Source: Nitrosopumilus sp.
GTDB lineage: Archaea > Thermoproteota > Nitrososphaeria > Nitrososphaerales > Nitrosopumilaceae
Direction of reading: 5' to 3'
Length of the DNA stretch: 64,000 bases
Assembly: GCA_965223425.1 (NCBI GenBank)
Contig: OZ245003.1
Span: forward strand, 1,376,001 to 1,440,000
The translations under genes were made by a program, and so were the position numbers. Positions within the stretch are counted from its first letter, which is position 1. Every line of letters starts with the position of its first letter. Below are positions 40,710 to 49,952 of the stretch, in pieces. The notes beneath the pieces were generated by a model. That model was not told where the DNA came from and ran no database searches. It saw only the letters and a list, made by a program, of their open reading frames with translations.

Positions 40710-41521
40710 TGTGTCTTCACCATTACCTCCAGATGCGTTGACTTTATTTCCCCGATCTCCCTTATTGCTGACTTTGAGTATACTGTCAGCCTGATTGGAT
40801 CAGAGCCGGGCGCCAAGTCCAACACGCTCAAATTTTTGACATTGGTTGCCTCTACGCCGGGAAGGGCGCCTATTGCCTTTGATATGTTTGATGAATCAGT
40901 AGTTACAAACAAAACGCTCTTTCCCACCTTCTTGCCCCTTCCCCTAAGCAATGGTTTTCCAGAACGCGGCTTTCTTGATTCCAGTCTCTTGACGTCCTGT
41001 GAGAGTTTTAGGGAATCTAGTACCTTGATCATCTCGCTTGTCTTGGAAATCGATTCAATGTCATCAGACACTATGATTGGAAATGACTCGATGCCCTCGA
41101 CTTTGTGTCCGCGTGACTCTATGAGATCCTTTGACGCAGTTGCAGCGATTGCAGAACACAACGCTAGCTTTTTTTCCTTTTTGTTTAGTTTCTTGTAAAT
41201 TATCCTGTCTACAATTGGCGGATGTGCCTGTCTTCCTCCCCTCGTTGATGCAACCTCGGCCCCCTGGCCTTGCCTTCCTCCGCCCCCGCCGCTCATTCTG
41301 GCAACGCGGGATACGCCCTGGCCTGTCGGAGGATCGTTTGAATCTGCAACAACGTCCATGCCTGCTCGCGGCTTTCTTCCCTGTGGCTGGAACTTGTGCG
41401 AGTTTAGGTTGGTGAATGTTTTGTGGATTAACTCTCTTCTAAACGGAGTTGAGAACACTGGCGGAAGCTCCACCTCGTCATCTTTTGCTCCAGCAGTTGT
41501 GTATGTTGCCGTCCTTGTCAA
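40706..41521 (-). CDS. rpl4: Ribosomal protein uL4
   Basis: GQGVSRVAR, RGGRQAHPP, LAPG. Confidence 0.95.
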   Translation of the reverse strand: MTRTATYTTAGAKDDEVELPPVFSTPFRRELIHKTFTNLNSHKFQPQGRKPRAGMDVVADSNDPPTGQGVSRVARMSGGGGGRQGQGAEVASTRGGRQAHPPIVDRIIYKKLNKKEKKLALCSAIAATASKDLIESRGHKVEGIESFPIIVSDDIESISKTSEMIKVLDSLKLSQDVKRLESRKPRSGKPLLRGRGKKVGKSVLFVTTDSSNISKAIGALPGVEATNVKNLSVLDLAPGSDPIRLTVYSKSAIREIGEIKSTHLEVMVKTQ

Positions 41522-42510
41522 ACCACCACCTCCAGAATATTTGGCTTGGTAACCTTTGCTGGGACATTTCGAATTTGGCTTCGAAGCTTGATCAATCTTC
41601 TGTACGTTCCAGGTACAGAGCCTTTTAGAATGACAAAATCCCCTTTAACCAATCCAAAGTGCTTGTATCCGCCGTCGGGATTGATCTTGATTTGCTCGTC
41701 ATTTGTGTTTCCCATTATCATGATTCTTTTGTCATATTCCACTCTTTGGTGGAATCCCATCTGTCCTGCCCTTGGAACCGTATACATGACGCTTTGTGGG
41801 GAGATTGGCCCGAGTGAACCTACTTCCCTGACTGACTTTCTTGATTTGTGTTGCTTCTTCTTTACGTTCCATCTTTTGAGAACCCCCTGCCATCCCTTGC
41901 CTTTGGTAATTGCCGCAACATCAACACTTGAACCCGTTTCAAAAATCTGATCAATCTTTATTTCTTTTCCAAGCAACTCCTTGACATGCGTAAACTGCTT
42001 TTGCGCGTCTCCCCCGCTAACTGATGCCTCAAAAATGTATGGTTTCTTCTGCTCTAACCCTGCCGCACGTGGAGAGACTGCAACGATTGCAAATATCTCC
42101 TTTATCTTTCTTAACCTTTTTTCTGCGTCCTCTAATGCGCCGTCTTTGTTTTTAAACGTAATTTCTTTTGTAATGTATTTTGGAATGTCTTCGGCATACA
42201 CGTCAAACTCTGCGTGCAACCCGTCATGATCTTTTGAATAGCCCCTTATTCCTAAAATTAGCACCGGCGGTGTCACCAGCACTGTTCCAAGACTGACAAG
42301 CTGCTTTCCTGCATTGGGCGTCTTTTCACGGTCATCGATGCTTACGATCTGAACGCAGCCTGCCTTGAAACCACAATGGGCTAAAATCTTTGGTTCTTCT
42401 GAATCCAATTTTGGCCATGCCCTGATTCGCGCCTCCATGCTTTTGGCACGAATTCTTGGCGAATATGCAAGGCTTCCCCTGCGTGGCGAATGCCGTTTTC
42501 TAGCTCCCAT
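41518..42510 (-). CDS. rpl3: Ribosomal protein uL3
   Basis: PRRGSL, FKAG, TKGKGWQG, PRAGQMGFHQR. Confidence 0.97.
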   Translation of the reverse strand: MGARKRHSPRRGSLAYSPRIRAKSMEARIRAWPKLDSEEPKILAHCGFKAGCVQIVSIDDREKTPNAGKQLVSLGTVLVTPPVLILGIRGYSKDHDGLHAEFDVYAEDIPKYITKEITFKNKDGALEDAEKRLRKIKEIFAIVAVSPRAAGLEQKKPYIFEASVSGGDAQKQFTHVKELLGKEIKIDQIFETGSSVDVAAITKGKGWQGVLKRWNVKKKQHKSRKSVREVGSLGPISPQSVMYTVPRAGQMGFHQRVEYDKRIMIMGNTNDEQIKINPDGGYKHFGLVKGDFVILKGSVPGTYRRLIKLRSQIRNVPAKVTKPNILEVVV

Positions 42511-42713
42511 GTTAAGACGCATCATCGGAGCCCCTCTATTAAACCATGTGAGATATCGTTAACCACTACAAAAATATTGGTTAACCAACTATTCCTGAAC
42601 TTTACGGCATCAGCAGATCAGATGCCGCACCCCAAATAGTGATCCCGCCAATTATGATTCCTGCAGCACCCATTCCGATGGCCAGCAACAAGAAATTTTT
42701 TCTTTCTGCCATG

Positions 42714-43526
42714 CTATGACGTGCTTTGGGCATTAATTATTGATAATGTTCCAAGCAGCGCCTCCTCTAGGCGCACAGTCTGCGTGGCCTGGTTTGGAAA
42801 AAAGTTAAGCGACTTTGCGTTTTGTACGTTTTTCATTTTCCCTCCAAGGATTTCATGGATTCCTTTCTCGGGAGAGCCAAATGCTACCAGTGTTGGCTGC
42901 TCTGATTTTGTATATTTTGCAATCTGCTCTTTTGTTGCCGTTTTTCCTTTTCTTGATGTAACGATAATGCTTCCCTTCCATTCACTTAACAATGAAAATA
43001 GGCTTGCCCTCTCCTTTACTGCGTACCCCCAGTATGGGACAGCCTCGCTTTTGCTGATCTCTTTTACTGAAAATTTTGGATGTCCCTCTTTGAATTGGAC
43101 TGTCACTCTTTTCCCCATTGATGTTTTTCCAAAAAACGGCACCAGCTGATTTATTCCAACATCCACAAATCTTTTCCCCTTGACACTAACCACAATTCCC
43201 TCCCTGGTGTCACCACTGCTGATCTTTTTAGGGTTTGCAGGCGTAACGTGGCTTGGAATTTTTAATGGCTGCAGCACCCCTGCAAATTTTAAATCATTCA
43301 TTTTGGGAAACAATCTTTTTCTCAAAAACTGCGGCGTCTCCAGATATTTTAAAACCATCACAAGCAAACTGCCATCCTGTCTGTTGTCTCCCTCTTGATA
43401 CACGTAGATTGTATCAACTTTGAAGATGGCGCAGGCCCTTGCTAAAACGGATATCTTTCTGGTCTTGTCTATCTTGAGTGACTCGTCTGATAACGAGGAT
43501 GCAGGAATGGCAACTGATAATTTCAA
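42714..43526 (-). CDS. SPOUT RNA methyltransferase (DUF171 family)
   Basis: SVAIPAS, LKYLETPQFLRK, NQATQTVRLEEA. Confidence 0.9.
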   Translation of the reverse strand: MKLSVAIPASSLSDESLKIDKTRKISVLARACAIFKVDTIYVYQEGDNRQDGSLLVMVLKYLETPQFLRKRLFPKMNDLKFAGVLQPLKIPSHVTPANPKKISSGDTREGIVVSVKGKRFVDVGINQLVPFFGKTSMGKRVTVQFKEGHPKFSVKEISKSEAVPYWGYAVKERASLFSLLSEWKGSIIVTSRKGKTATKEQIAKYTKSEQPTLVAFGSPEKGIHEILGGKMKNVQNAKSLNFFPNQATQTVRLEEALLGTLSIINAQSTS

Positions 43527-43556
43527 TGTAACTCAACACCCCAGCAGCTTAAAAGA

Positions 43557-44294
43557 TTATTTCTTCTCGTGCGGATACTTTTCTTTGGCAGTGTTTGCAT
43601 ATTTTACGATCCGCTCATCTGCGATTAGCTCATACAGCCCAGTTTCTGTTTTGATGTGCGCCATTCTGATGTGGCCTGTTCCCTCCTTGTCTTCGCTTGA
43701 CAGGTAGATTCCTGCAGCAGCTAACACTGATGCGTCATCTATTGAAAGGTTGCCCTTGTAAGTTTTTTCTAAAAAGTCAGTTACCTGCTCAGAACCTGCC
43801 CCGATTGCAATTGCATCATAAGAGATGTATGTTCCGCTGGGATCAGTCAGATACAACTGCGGCGTTTTGTTCACTACCCCCCCTAGAATAAGTGCCACTC
43901 CAAACGGCCTGACACCTGCATACTGCGTATATTGTTGGGACTGATCAGCCAAGTGTTTTGCAATCGTTTCGACCTCGACTGGTTCGTCATAAATCATTTT
44001 GTTACTCTGAGAAAAGAATCGGGCATTGTCTACCTGGCTTCTGGCGTCTGGAATGTATCCTGCCGCTGCAACCCCTACATGGTCATCAATCTGAAAAATC
44101 TTTTGTGCCGTTTGAGAGACCTGCAACTTTCTTGCTTTTTCTTCCACTGCAATGATTATCCCGTCTTTGCATTTTACGCCTACTGCAATTGTGCCCCTTC
44201 TGACAGTCTCAATGGCGTACTCCACCTGGTATAACCTACCGTCAGGTGAGAAAACAGTGATTGCTCTGTCATAACCTTGTTGTGCAGGAAGCAT
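43557..44294 (-). CDS. psmA: Proteasome alpha subunit
   Basis: YDRAITVFSPDGRLYQVEYA. Confidence 0.97.
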   Translation of the reverse strand: MLPAQQGYDRAITVFSPDGRLYQVEYAIETVRRGTIAVGVKCKDGIIIAVEEKARKLQVSQTAQKIFQIDDHVGVAAAGYIPDARSQVDNARFFSQSNKMIYDEPVEVETIAKHLADQSQQYTQYAGVRPFGVALILGGVVNKTPQLYLTDPSGTYISYDAIAIGAGSEQVTDFLEKTYKGNLSIDDASVLAAAGIYLSSEDKEGTGHIRMAHIKTETGLYELIADERIVKYANTAKEKYPHEKK

Positions 44295-44346
44295 TTGATT
44301 CCAATGCTTTGAAAGTTTAATTTAAGTCTAGCCTATCTTTTATGGC

Positions 44347-44763
44347 GTGAGATTCGAGATTCAATTTTCAGGTCATAAAAACATAAGATCAAATCATCAA
44401 AAAACAATTGAGATTACAACTGATTCTGATCTAACGCCCCAAGGCGATTGCATAGTCGGCGTAAGTGCCACTTCAAGTTGCGCCAGTCTGCCTGAAGAAC
44501 TAAAGAACAGGCTTAGAAATCCGGATTCTAAAGTGGCCTTTTCAATCAGTGTGGGAAAACATCAATTTGCAGTAAGGGGAAGAGGACACCCTGATCTTGT
44601 TCTTACTGATTCAGAAGATATTGTCATTAGGAAAAGCAGTTTCATTTGTCCTAGAACTTTGGCAATAAAGTGTGACAAGGCATCGGACTTGCTTCCGCGA
44701 GACATGGTTTTGCTGCTGCAGAACCCGTCTGCCAAAGGCACTTTTGCCATAGAGGTTGATTAA
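44347..44763 (+). CDS. DUF371 family protein
   Basis: GHKNI...H.KTIEIT.D..LTPQGDCIVGV, VIRKS. Confidence 0.9.
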   Translation: MRFEIQFSGHKNIRSNHQKTIEITTDSDLTPQGDCIVGVSATSSCASLPEELKNRLRNPDSKVAFSISVGKHQFAVRGRGHPDLVLTDSEDIVIRKSSFICPRTLAIKCDKASDLLPRDMVLLLQNPSAKGTFAIEVD

Positions 44764-44801
44764 ACTGTGACAATTTTATAGGCATGGATATGATTTTGGT
44801 C

Positions 44802-44921
44802 ATGGGTCGTAAAACTAACCTGTTCCTTTTAGTTCCGTTGTCTGCCTTTGCAGCAATAATTATTGGGTTTGGAATGTACATGACCCTGTGTAAAAATTCC
44901 AACATTCCTTTGCCCTGCTAG
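44802..44921 (+). CDS. Small membrane protein
   Basis: 39 aa with a single TM. Confidence 0.4.
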   Translation: MGRKTNLFLLVPLSAFAAIIIGFGMYMTLCKNSNIPLPC

Positions 44922-45210
44922 GTCTGATGAACCTTTTCTAATTATTCCCGTTTTAGTTAATTCTGATTCACTTGGTGGTTTTATGGAATAAATTTTATCA
45001 AAACAAATTATTTTATGCCTAAATTCTACATTCTCTTCAAATAACTTGACAGAACCTTGATAGAATAATTCTTAAACACAATTAGAGATACGGCACTAAA
45101 ATTGAACTTCAAACTTGTTAAACATCCACATCATCCATATTTCAGCTCTCGGGGATTACGCAGAACCTGTGAAGGACATTCTTATTATGATCCGTGCCGA
45201 AGATCATAAC

Positions 45211-45450
45211 ATGACTTGGTTATTGCCTCCACATGAGAAGGTACTGGCGCGCAAATTCTGTGAGATGGTACACGAGTCACGGCGGGACCACGATGGAACA
45301 GCGGTAACGTTGGCAGTCAAAAAGTATCTGGATGAATTGTCAAGGCAGGGCAGGCAATCCCTGGTGGATGCAATCAAAAAACAGATGCAAATATGTGACA
45401 AATCAACCCTGGAGAAACCAGACCCGGAGAGCACCGACCAGATAGTGTAA
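45211..45450 (+). CDS. Small hypothetical protein
   Basis: ATG 44 bp after repeat copy 1. Confidence 0.5.
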   Translation: MTWLLPPHEKVLARKFCEMVHESRRDHDGTAVTLAVKKYLDELSRQGRQSLVDAIKKQMQICDKSTLEKPDPESTDQIV

Positions 45451-45456
45451 CTTTAT

Positions 45457-45732
45457 CTATTTCCACATACCTGCAACACGACATAACCTCATGCCACGTT
45501 TTGTTAATTTCAATTTAAAGTCCTCGCCCTCTTCTGGCGTGTATGTTTTTTCCGTAATGATCACTTCCAGTGCAATTAATTTGTGCACTTCGCTGGCCAA
45601 TCCGTTAAGATCGCCATACATCTCAATTAGAGGTTCACGGTTTAGTAATTCTGAATAATCCATTCCAGATTCCCCGATTGTTTCAATTATTTGGTATGCA
45701 AAAACAGGCGGTTCTGTTACTTCTGTGGACAT
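45457..45732 (-). CDS. Small hypothetical protein, winged-helix-like
   Basis: 91 aa; ends LTKRG motif. Confidence 0.55.
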   Translation of the reverse strand: MSTEVTEPPVFAYQIIETIGESGMDYSELLNREPLIEMYGDLNGLASEVHKLIALEVIITEKTYTPEEGEDFKLKLTKRGMRLCRVAGMWK

Positions 45733-45877
45733 GTGACGGGTTACAAAATTTATTTTATTAAAGATTACTACAAGGGGTTCTGTAACATTATCGTGGTATA
45801 ATCATAGATGTGAATCAGGAGAAGATCCATGTTTCGTCCCTCGAAGATTACACGGAACCCGTACACTACGGAGTTAG

Positions 45878-46105
45878 TTATTTCTCGGCGATTGTCAAAT
45901 CAACCAAATTTTTACCAAGTTTCTTCTCAATCTCGGCGGATACCTTGATGGCATCTTCCCAACTTGAGAATGTTTTTAGTGCAACATGATCATAACTTTT
46001 ATCCCCCTTTACATTTTTGTTTTTAAAATCTGACATTACAAGCTGGTTTTCCTTACATAAATTTTCATTCACACAAGTCAAACGAAATTCAAAAATCTGT
46101 TTCAT
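45878..46105 (-). CDS. Small hypothetical protein
   Basis: 75 aa ORF between repeat copies 2 and 3. Confidence 0.5.
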   Translation of the reverse strand: MKQIFEFRLTCVNENLCKENQLVMSDFKNKNVKGDKSYDHVALKTFSSWEDAIKVSAEIEKKLGKNLVDLTIAEK

Positions 46106-46282
46106 ATGACTTTTCAAGCAGTTTGATAATTAATAAACGTGCCTTGATTTTTTCTTCTTCATGTGAAGATTTTGGTAAAATATGTGAATAATTTCAATTC
46201 AGAGAAGATCCATATTTCATCCATTAAAGATTGCACGGAACCTAATGATCCATCCTTTAAATTCTCCTGTTTTTACTCTGGA

Positions 46283-46855
46283 ATGATGATTGAGTTAATT
46301 GCCGCAGTTTTGATAGGATTGTTCGTTGGCATGTTAATAATCTACATTGTGATGAGTTCCAAAAGGGAGGCACAGTTTGAAGCGTTCAAGGCAAAGATTG
46401 TCAAAGAGATAGAAGATAGTATAAAGAACAAGCGCAAGGATGTCGCTTCGGGCGCATTGCCTATCCCCAGTGTCTCGTATGCAGTAGAACAGAGGATAGA
46501 TGATGAGCGCACAGATGCTTTGAACAAGTCAAGAAACGTACTCAAAGGAAAGATAGGTGAGCATATGGCTCCCCTTCTGAAGGAGTTTTATGAAAAATAC
46601 AAGCCCTCTGAAGCCAGGTTCATGGGTGCTCCTGTGGATTATATCATATTCAAGAACAAAGATGGTGAAAAGCCAATAGAAGTGATTTTGCTGGATGTAA
46701 AGACTGGAAAGGCCGCGCTCAACAAGGATCAGAAGCGGATTAAGGATGCAGTAGAACACAACAGGGTGGGTTTTGAGATCCTGAGAATCAACGATGTTGA
46801 ACAGGTTGAAGAGAAAAATATGCAGAACGCAACTGTCAGAGGGGACGGAAGTTAA
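46283..46855 (+). CDS. Holliday-junction-resolvase-like endonuclease (Endonuc_Holl), TM-anchored
   Basis: SRNVLKGKIGEHMAP, ARFMGAPVDYIIF, DVKTG. Confidence 0.88.
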   Translation: MMIELIAAVLIGLFVGMLIIYIVMSSKREAQFEAFKAKIVKEIEDSIKNKRKDVASGALPIPSVSYAVEQRIDDERTDALNKSRNVLKGKIGEHMAPLLKEFYEKYKPSEARFMGAPVDYIIFKNKDGEKPIEVILLDVKTGKAALNKDQKRIKDAVEHNRVGFEILRINDVEQVEEKNMQNATVRGDGS

Positions 46856-46955
46856 CGGGATCTTACACGTGAGTCCCAGCCACCAGCTCTCGATAAGTTA
46901 CCAGAGCCAATCGTAAATCATAGTTTAATATAACCATTGTTTTAGAAAAAGCATC

Positions 46956-47099
46956 ATGAATCAAGACAAGAAAAAAGCATGGTCAAACAAACACGATGAA
47001 TTGTTAAAAAAAGTTGTGTTAACATCAGGTAAACCAATGGGTTTTAAATCCCCTGACGACATTCTTAAACATCTTGAATCACTGGGAAATAGATCTTAA
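46956..47099 (+). CDS. 47 aa hypothetical protein
   Basis: Clean ORF downstream of TATA-like TTTAATA and repeat copy 4. Confidence 0.4.
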   Translation: MNQDKKKAWSNKHDELLKKVVLTSGKPMGFKSPDDILKHLESLGNRS

Positions 47100-47217
47100 A
47101 GACGGAGACTCATTCGCTACGGATTTTGCAAATAGATCTCATTGTATCCAATATGCAATTCAAAAACTAATGGATGCTCAATCATAGGATAGTAATTGTA
47201 ATTTTTAGTTAAAAGTT

Positions 47218-47241
47218 TTGATTAAACCAAAATTTAATCAA
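47218..47241. promoter_or_regulatory. Palindromic operator candidate TTGATTAAA-N6-TTTAATCAA
   Basis: Perfect 9-6-9 palindrome just upstream of TATA-like TTTTTAA of the ArsR gene. Confidence 0.7.
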
Positions 47242-47271
47242 TCCTTTTTAACTCATTCTCAAAAATTCTAA

Positions 47272-47880
47272 ATGCTTGCCTGTCGTTTTAACATCATGGA
47301 GGATGGCGAAGATTATGATGAGGACATAATGGATAAAATTCAAATCTACTCTAATGATGATGAACAGTTAAAATTTTTGGGTCAAATACTGGGTAATGAA
47401 TCTAGTAGAAAAATTTTACAAACATTATTTGATAAAGAATTAACAGCTGGTGAAATTTCTACACAAACAGGTTTTTCATTGCCATTGATTAATCACCATA
47501 TCTCTACAATGCTGCAAGCTGGTGTTGTTGCTGTAACTAAAACAACAATGAATACTAAAAATCAACCAATGAAACATTATTCTGCAAAATCAGGAATTGT
47601 AATTTTACCTAAACAAGCTTCTAAAAAAGCAAAAGCAAGTAAACGTTTTTCAAAGTCAATAAAACAACTAATGCAAATTACTACTGTTGGTGCAGCTGCA
47701 ATTGCTTCATTCTTTATTACATTGATATCTCAACCAGTACAAGAAGGGCACCAAACAGGTGAAAATCTAAATGTTATTGATTCTCCATTTGTAATTCCAT
47801 CAGTTATTGCATTAGTCGTGATTGGAATTGGGTTATTGGTTAAATTTGTATTAAACCAAAGAAAAAATAAGAAAAAATGA
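47272..47880 (+). CDS. ArsR-type winged-helix regulator with two C-terminal TM helices
   Basis: ILGNESSRKILQTL..KELTAGEIS...SLPLINHHISTM.QAGVV; two hydrophobic segments. Confidence 0.85.
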   Translation: MLACRFNIMEDGEDYDEDIMDKIQIYSNDDEQLKFLGQILGNESSRKILQTLFDKELTAGEISTQTGFSLPLINHHISTMLQAGVVAVTKTTMNTKNQPMKHYSAKSGIVILPKQASKKAKASKRFSKSIKQLMQITTVGAAAIASFFITLISQPVQEGHQTGENLNVIDSPFVIPSVIALVVIGIGLLVKFVLNQRKNKKK

Positions 47881-47904
47881 TAACATAATATTATATTAAT
47901 CTGA

Positions 47905-47928
47905 TTGGTTAAATCCTCGTTTAATCAA
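47905..47928. promoter_or_regulatory. Second copy of the palindrome, TTGGTTAAA-N6-TTTAATCAA
   Basis: One mismatch; immediately upstream of TTTAAAGA TATA box of the protease gene. Confidence 0.7.
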
Positions 47929-47960
47929 AGGCTTTAAAGAAAATTGTTTTTGATCAGATA

Positions 47961-48641
47961 ATGACTACAACCAACATCAACAAAAAACAACTAGTTCCAA
48001 TTGTTGCTTTATCATCAGTAGCAGTTGGAATAATGGGAGTTGTACCAAATGCTGATGCTGATTATCATAAAGGTTGGATATGGGATAGCACAAACCATTC
48101 CGCAGAATTTGATAATGGCAAAGTACCAATAGCATTTGATACATCTGAGCTAAGTTCTAATCTAGTTCTGGAAAGTGGAACAACAATCAATCAAATCTAC
48201 ACAGATATGGAAAATGCTGTAGATGAATGGGATACTCAAACCGATTTCCCTACCAAGAGAAAAGATACAACTACATTTTATCATGACAATGTAGTTGGTA
48301 CTGCTGATTTAGCTGCAGGAACACTAGGTTCAGCTGCTACATCCAAACATTTCTTAGGTTTTGATGATCATATAACGAGAGTCACTATTGATTTCAATCA
48401 TGACGATTTTGAATGGGATCACAATGGTGATGATTCAGGCACATCAACTGCAAGAATCTACAACGTCATGCTTCATGAAATGGGACATGTAAACGGATTA
48501 TGTGATACATACGTACCAGCTGGAACACTAGGTGATTGTCACGGACATGTTGTATCTACCACTGTAATGGACAGTTACCAATATGGCGTAGTAGAAACAA
48601 TCACAACTGGCGACCAGACCGAGGTAAACGGACAATATTAG
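47961..48641 (+). CDS. Exported zinc metalloprotease (matrixin/metzincin-like)
   Basis: Signal peptide; HEMGHVNGL; Met-turn-like STTVM. Confidence 0.8.
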   Translation: MTTTNINKKQLVPIVALSSVAVGIMGVVPNADADYHKGWIWDSTNHSAEFDNGKVPIAFDTSELSSNLVLESGTTINQIYTDMENAVDEWDTQTDFPTKRKDTTTFYHDNVVGTADLAAGTLGSAATSKHFLGFDDHITRVTIDFNHDDFEWDHNGDDSGTSTARIYNVMLHEMGHVNGLCDTYVPAGTLGDCHGHVVSTTVMDSYQYGVVETITTGDQTEVNGQY

Positions 48642-49217
48642 GTGATTATGATGAACACAAAACAAAAATCATTTAGTATTCTAGCAACTGTCGGAATCCT
48701 TTTTGGAACATTCGTTTTTGCACATGGAATTCCATACGCACAAGTAGATACATCTTCTCAAATAGTAATATTTGAAGTAGACGAATTGACTGAAAAAGCA
48801 GATCTGATTGTTATAGGAACTGTAACCAATGACAAAACAATTGCATCTAACAGTGATACCTACCCTGCTGTTAGGATTACATCCATAGAATCCCTAGAAA
48901 TCATAAAAGGTTCTGAGGATGCAAAAGCAATCGAAGTTAGAGAATTTGGTTCAGGAGAAGTTGTCAAAGACGGTTTACGATATGACGTAACAGTTTCTCA
49001 AGGCGTTCCAACATATGAACAAAACGAGAGAGTTTTGTTATTCCTTGATTATGATGAAGGAAACGCACTTGGAGATGGTTACTATGTCATAAGTGGTGCC
49101 TACGGAAAATATTCAATTGATGGCAATACTGCCAGCCATTTGGACTCCGATAGAACAGAACCAGTAGCACAACTCAAGCAAAAAATCTCAAACTCCCTTG
49201 GCCCTGAAATGGGTTAA
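48642..49217 (+). CDS. Exported hypothetical protein
   Basis: Signal peptide; ELTEKADLIVIGTV...RVLLFL; abuts protease stop. Confidence 0.75.
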   Translation: MIMMNTKQKSFSILATVGILFGTFVFAHGIPYAQVDTSSQIVIFEVDELTEKADLIVIGTVTNDKTIASNSDTYPAVRITSIESLEIIKGSEDAKAIEVREFGSGEVVKDGLRYDVTVSQGVPTYEQNERVLLFLDYDEGNALGDGYYVISGAYGKYSIDGNTASHLDSDRTEPVAQLKQKISNSLGPEMG

Positions 49218-49270
49218 TCTTTTTCTTCTTCATGTCTGATAACTTTTATCGATACTTGACACATTCTGAA

Positions 49271-49378
49271 ATGAAACTCGTTAAGATAGATTGTCCTACA
49301 TGTGGTAGTGGGGTCATACTGAGAGATTTATCAGAACATTTGAGACAACATATTTTGGAAGAAAGTAAAGATAGATGA
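49271..49378 (+). CDS. 35 aa C2H2-type zinc-finger microprotein
   Basis: CPTC-x11-HLRQH. Confidence 0.5.
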   Translation: MKLVKIDCPTCGSGVILRDLSEHLRQHILEESKDR

Positions 49379-49756
49379 TTAATTGAGTTCTTTTTCAAGT
49401 AACTCTTGTTTACGTTTTATTCCCCAACGATAACCGGAAAGACTACCGTCTTTTCTAACAACACGATGACATGGGACTGCCATTGCCAATTTGTTTGCAG
49501 CACATGCATTGGCTACTGCTCTTGAAGAATTCGGTGAACCAATATGTTTTGCAATATCAATATAGCTCATAGTGTGGCCAGATGGAATGCTACAAATTAC
49601 ACCCCATACCCGTCGTTGAAATATTGTCCCTTGAATGTCTAATGATAAATCTAATCCCAATTCTGGCGTTTCCATAAACTGAATTATTTTCTGGCCATAG
49701 CCTCCCCCGACGGATGGAAGGATGGCATTAAAATTAACATCCCCAATCAACACCAA
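49379..49756 (-). CDS. ogt: Methylated-DNA-protein-cysteine methyltransferase (N-terminus may be damaged)
   Basis: GTIFQRRVW, RAVANACAAN, PCHRV active site. Confidence 0.85.
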   Translation of the reverse strand: MVLIGDVNFNAILPSVGGGYGQKIIQFMETPELGLDLSLDIQGTIFQRRVWGVICSIPSGHTMSYIDIAKHIGSPNSSRAVANACAANKLAMAVPCHRVVRKDGSLSGYRWGIKRKQELLEKELN

Positions 49757-49827
49757 TAAAATTAAAAAATCTAAAAGTCATTCTACTATCCCTCTCCAAT
49801 CCCCTTTTGGAACAGCTCTATGAAACT

Positions 49828-49870
49828 ATTCCACGAAATAATTCCACGAAATAATTCCACGAAATAATTC
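49828..49870 (+). repeat. Tandem repeat (ATTCCACGAAATA)x3
   Basis: Read from sequence. Confidence 0.85.
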
Positions 49871-49952
49871 TACAGCAGCAGGATAAAGTTAAATTAAAAT
49901 TTAAAAAATAAACTAAAACAATTCTATGGAACGATTCTTTGGAACGATTCTA

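Larger units (their letters stand above)
45133..46908 (+). repeat. Dispersed 35-bp repeat ATCCATRTTTC-N10-GATTRCRCRGAACC (3 clear copies, 1 degenerate)
   Basis: 45133-45167, 45825-45859, 46208-46242; weaker 46874-46908. Confidence 0.75.

Noticed and set aside
45133-46242. 35-bp repeats as a CRISPR array
   Set aside because: Spacing of 383-692 bp with genes between copies, and repeat centres are variable
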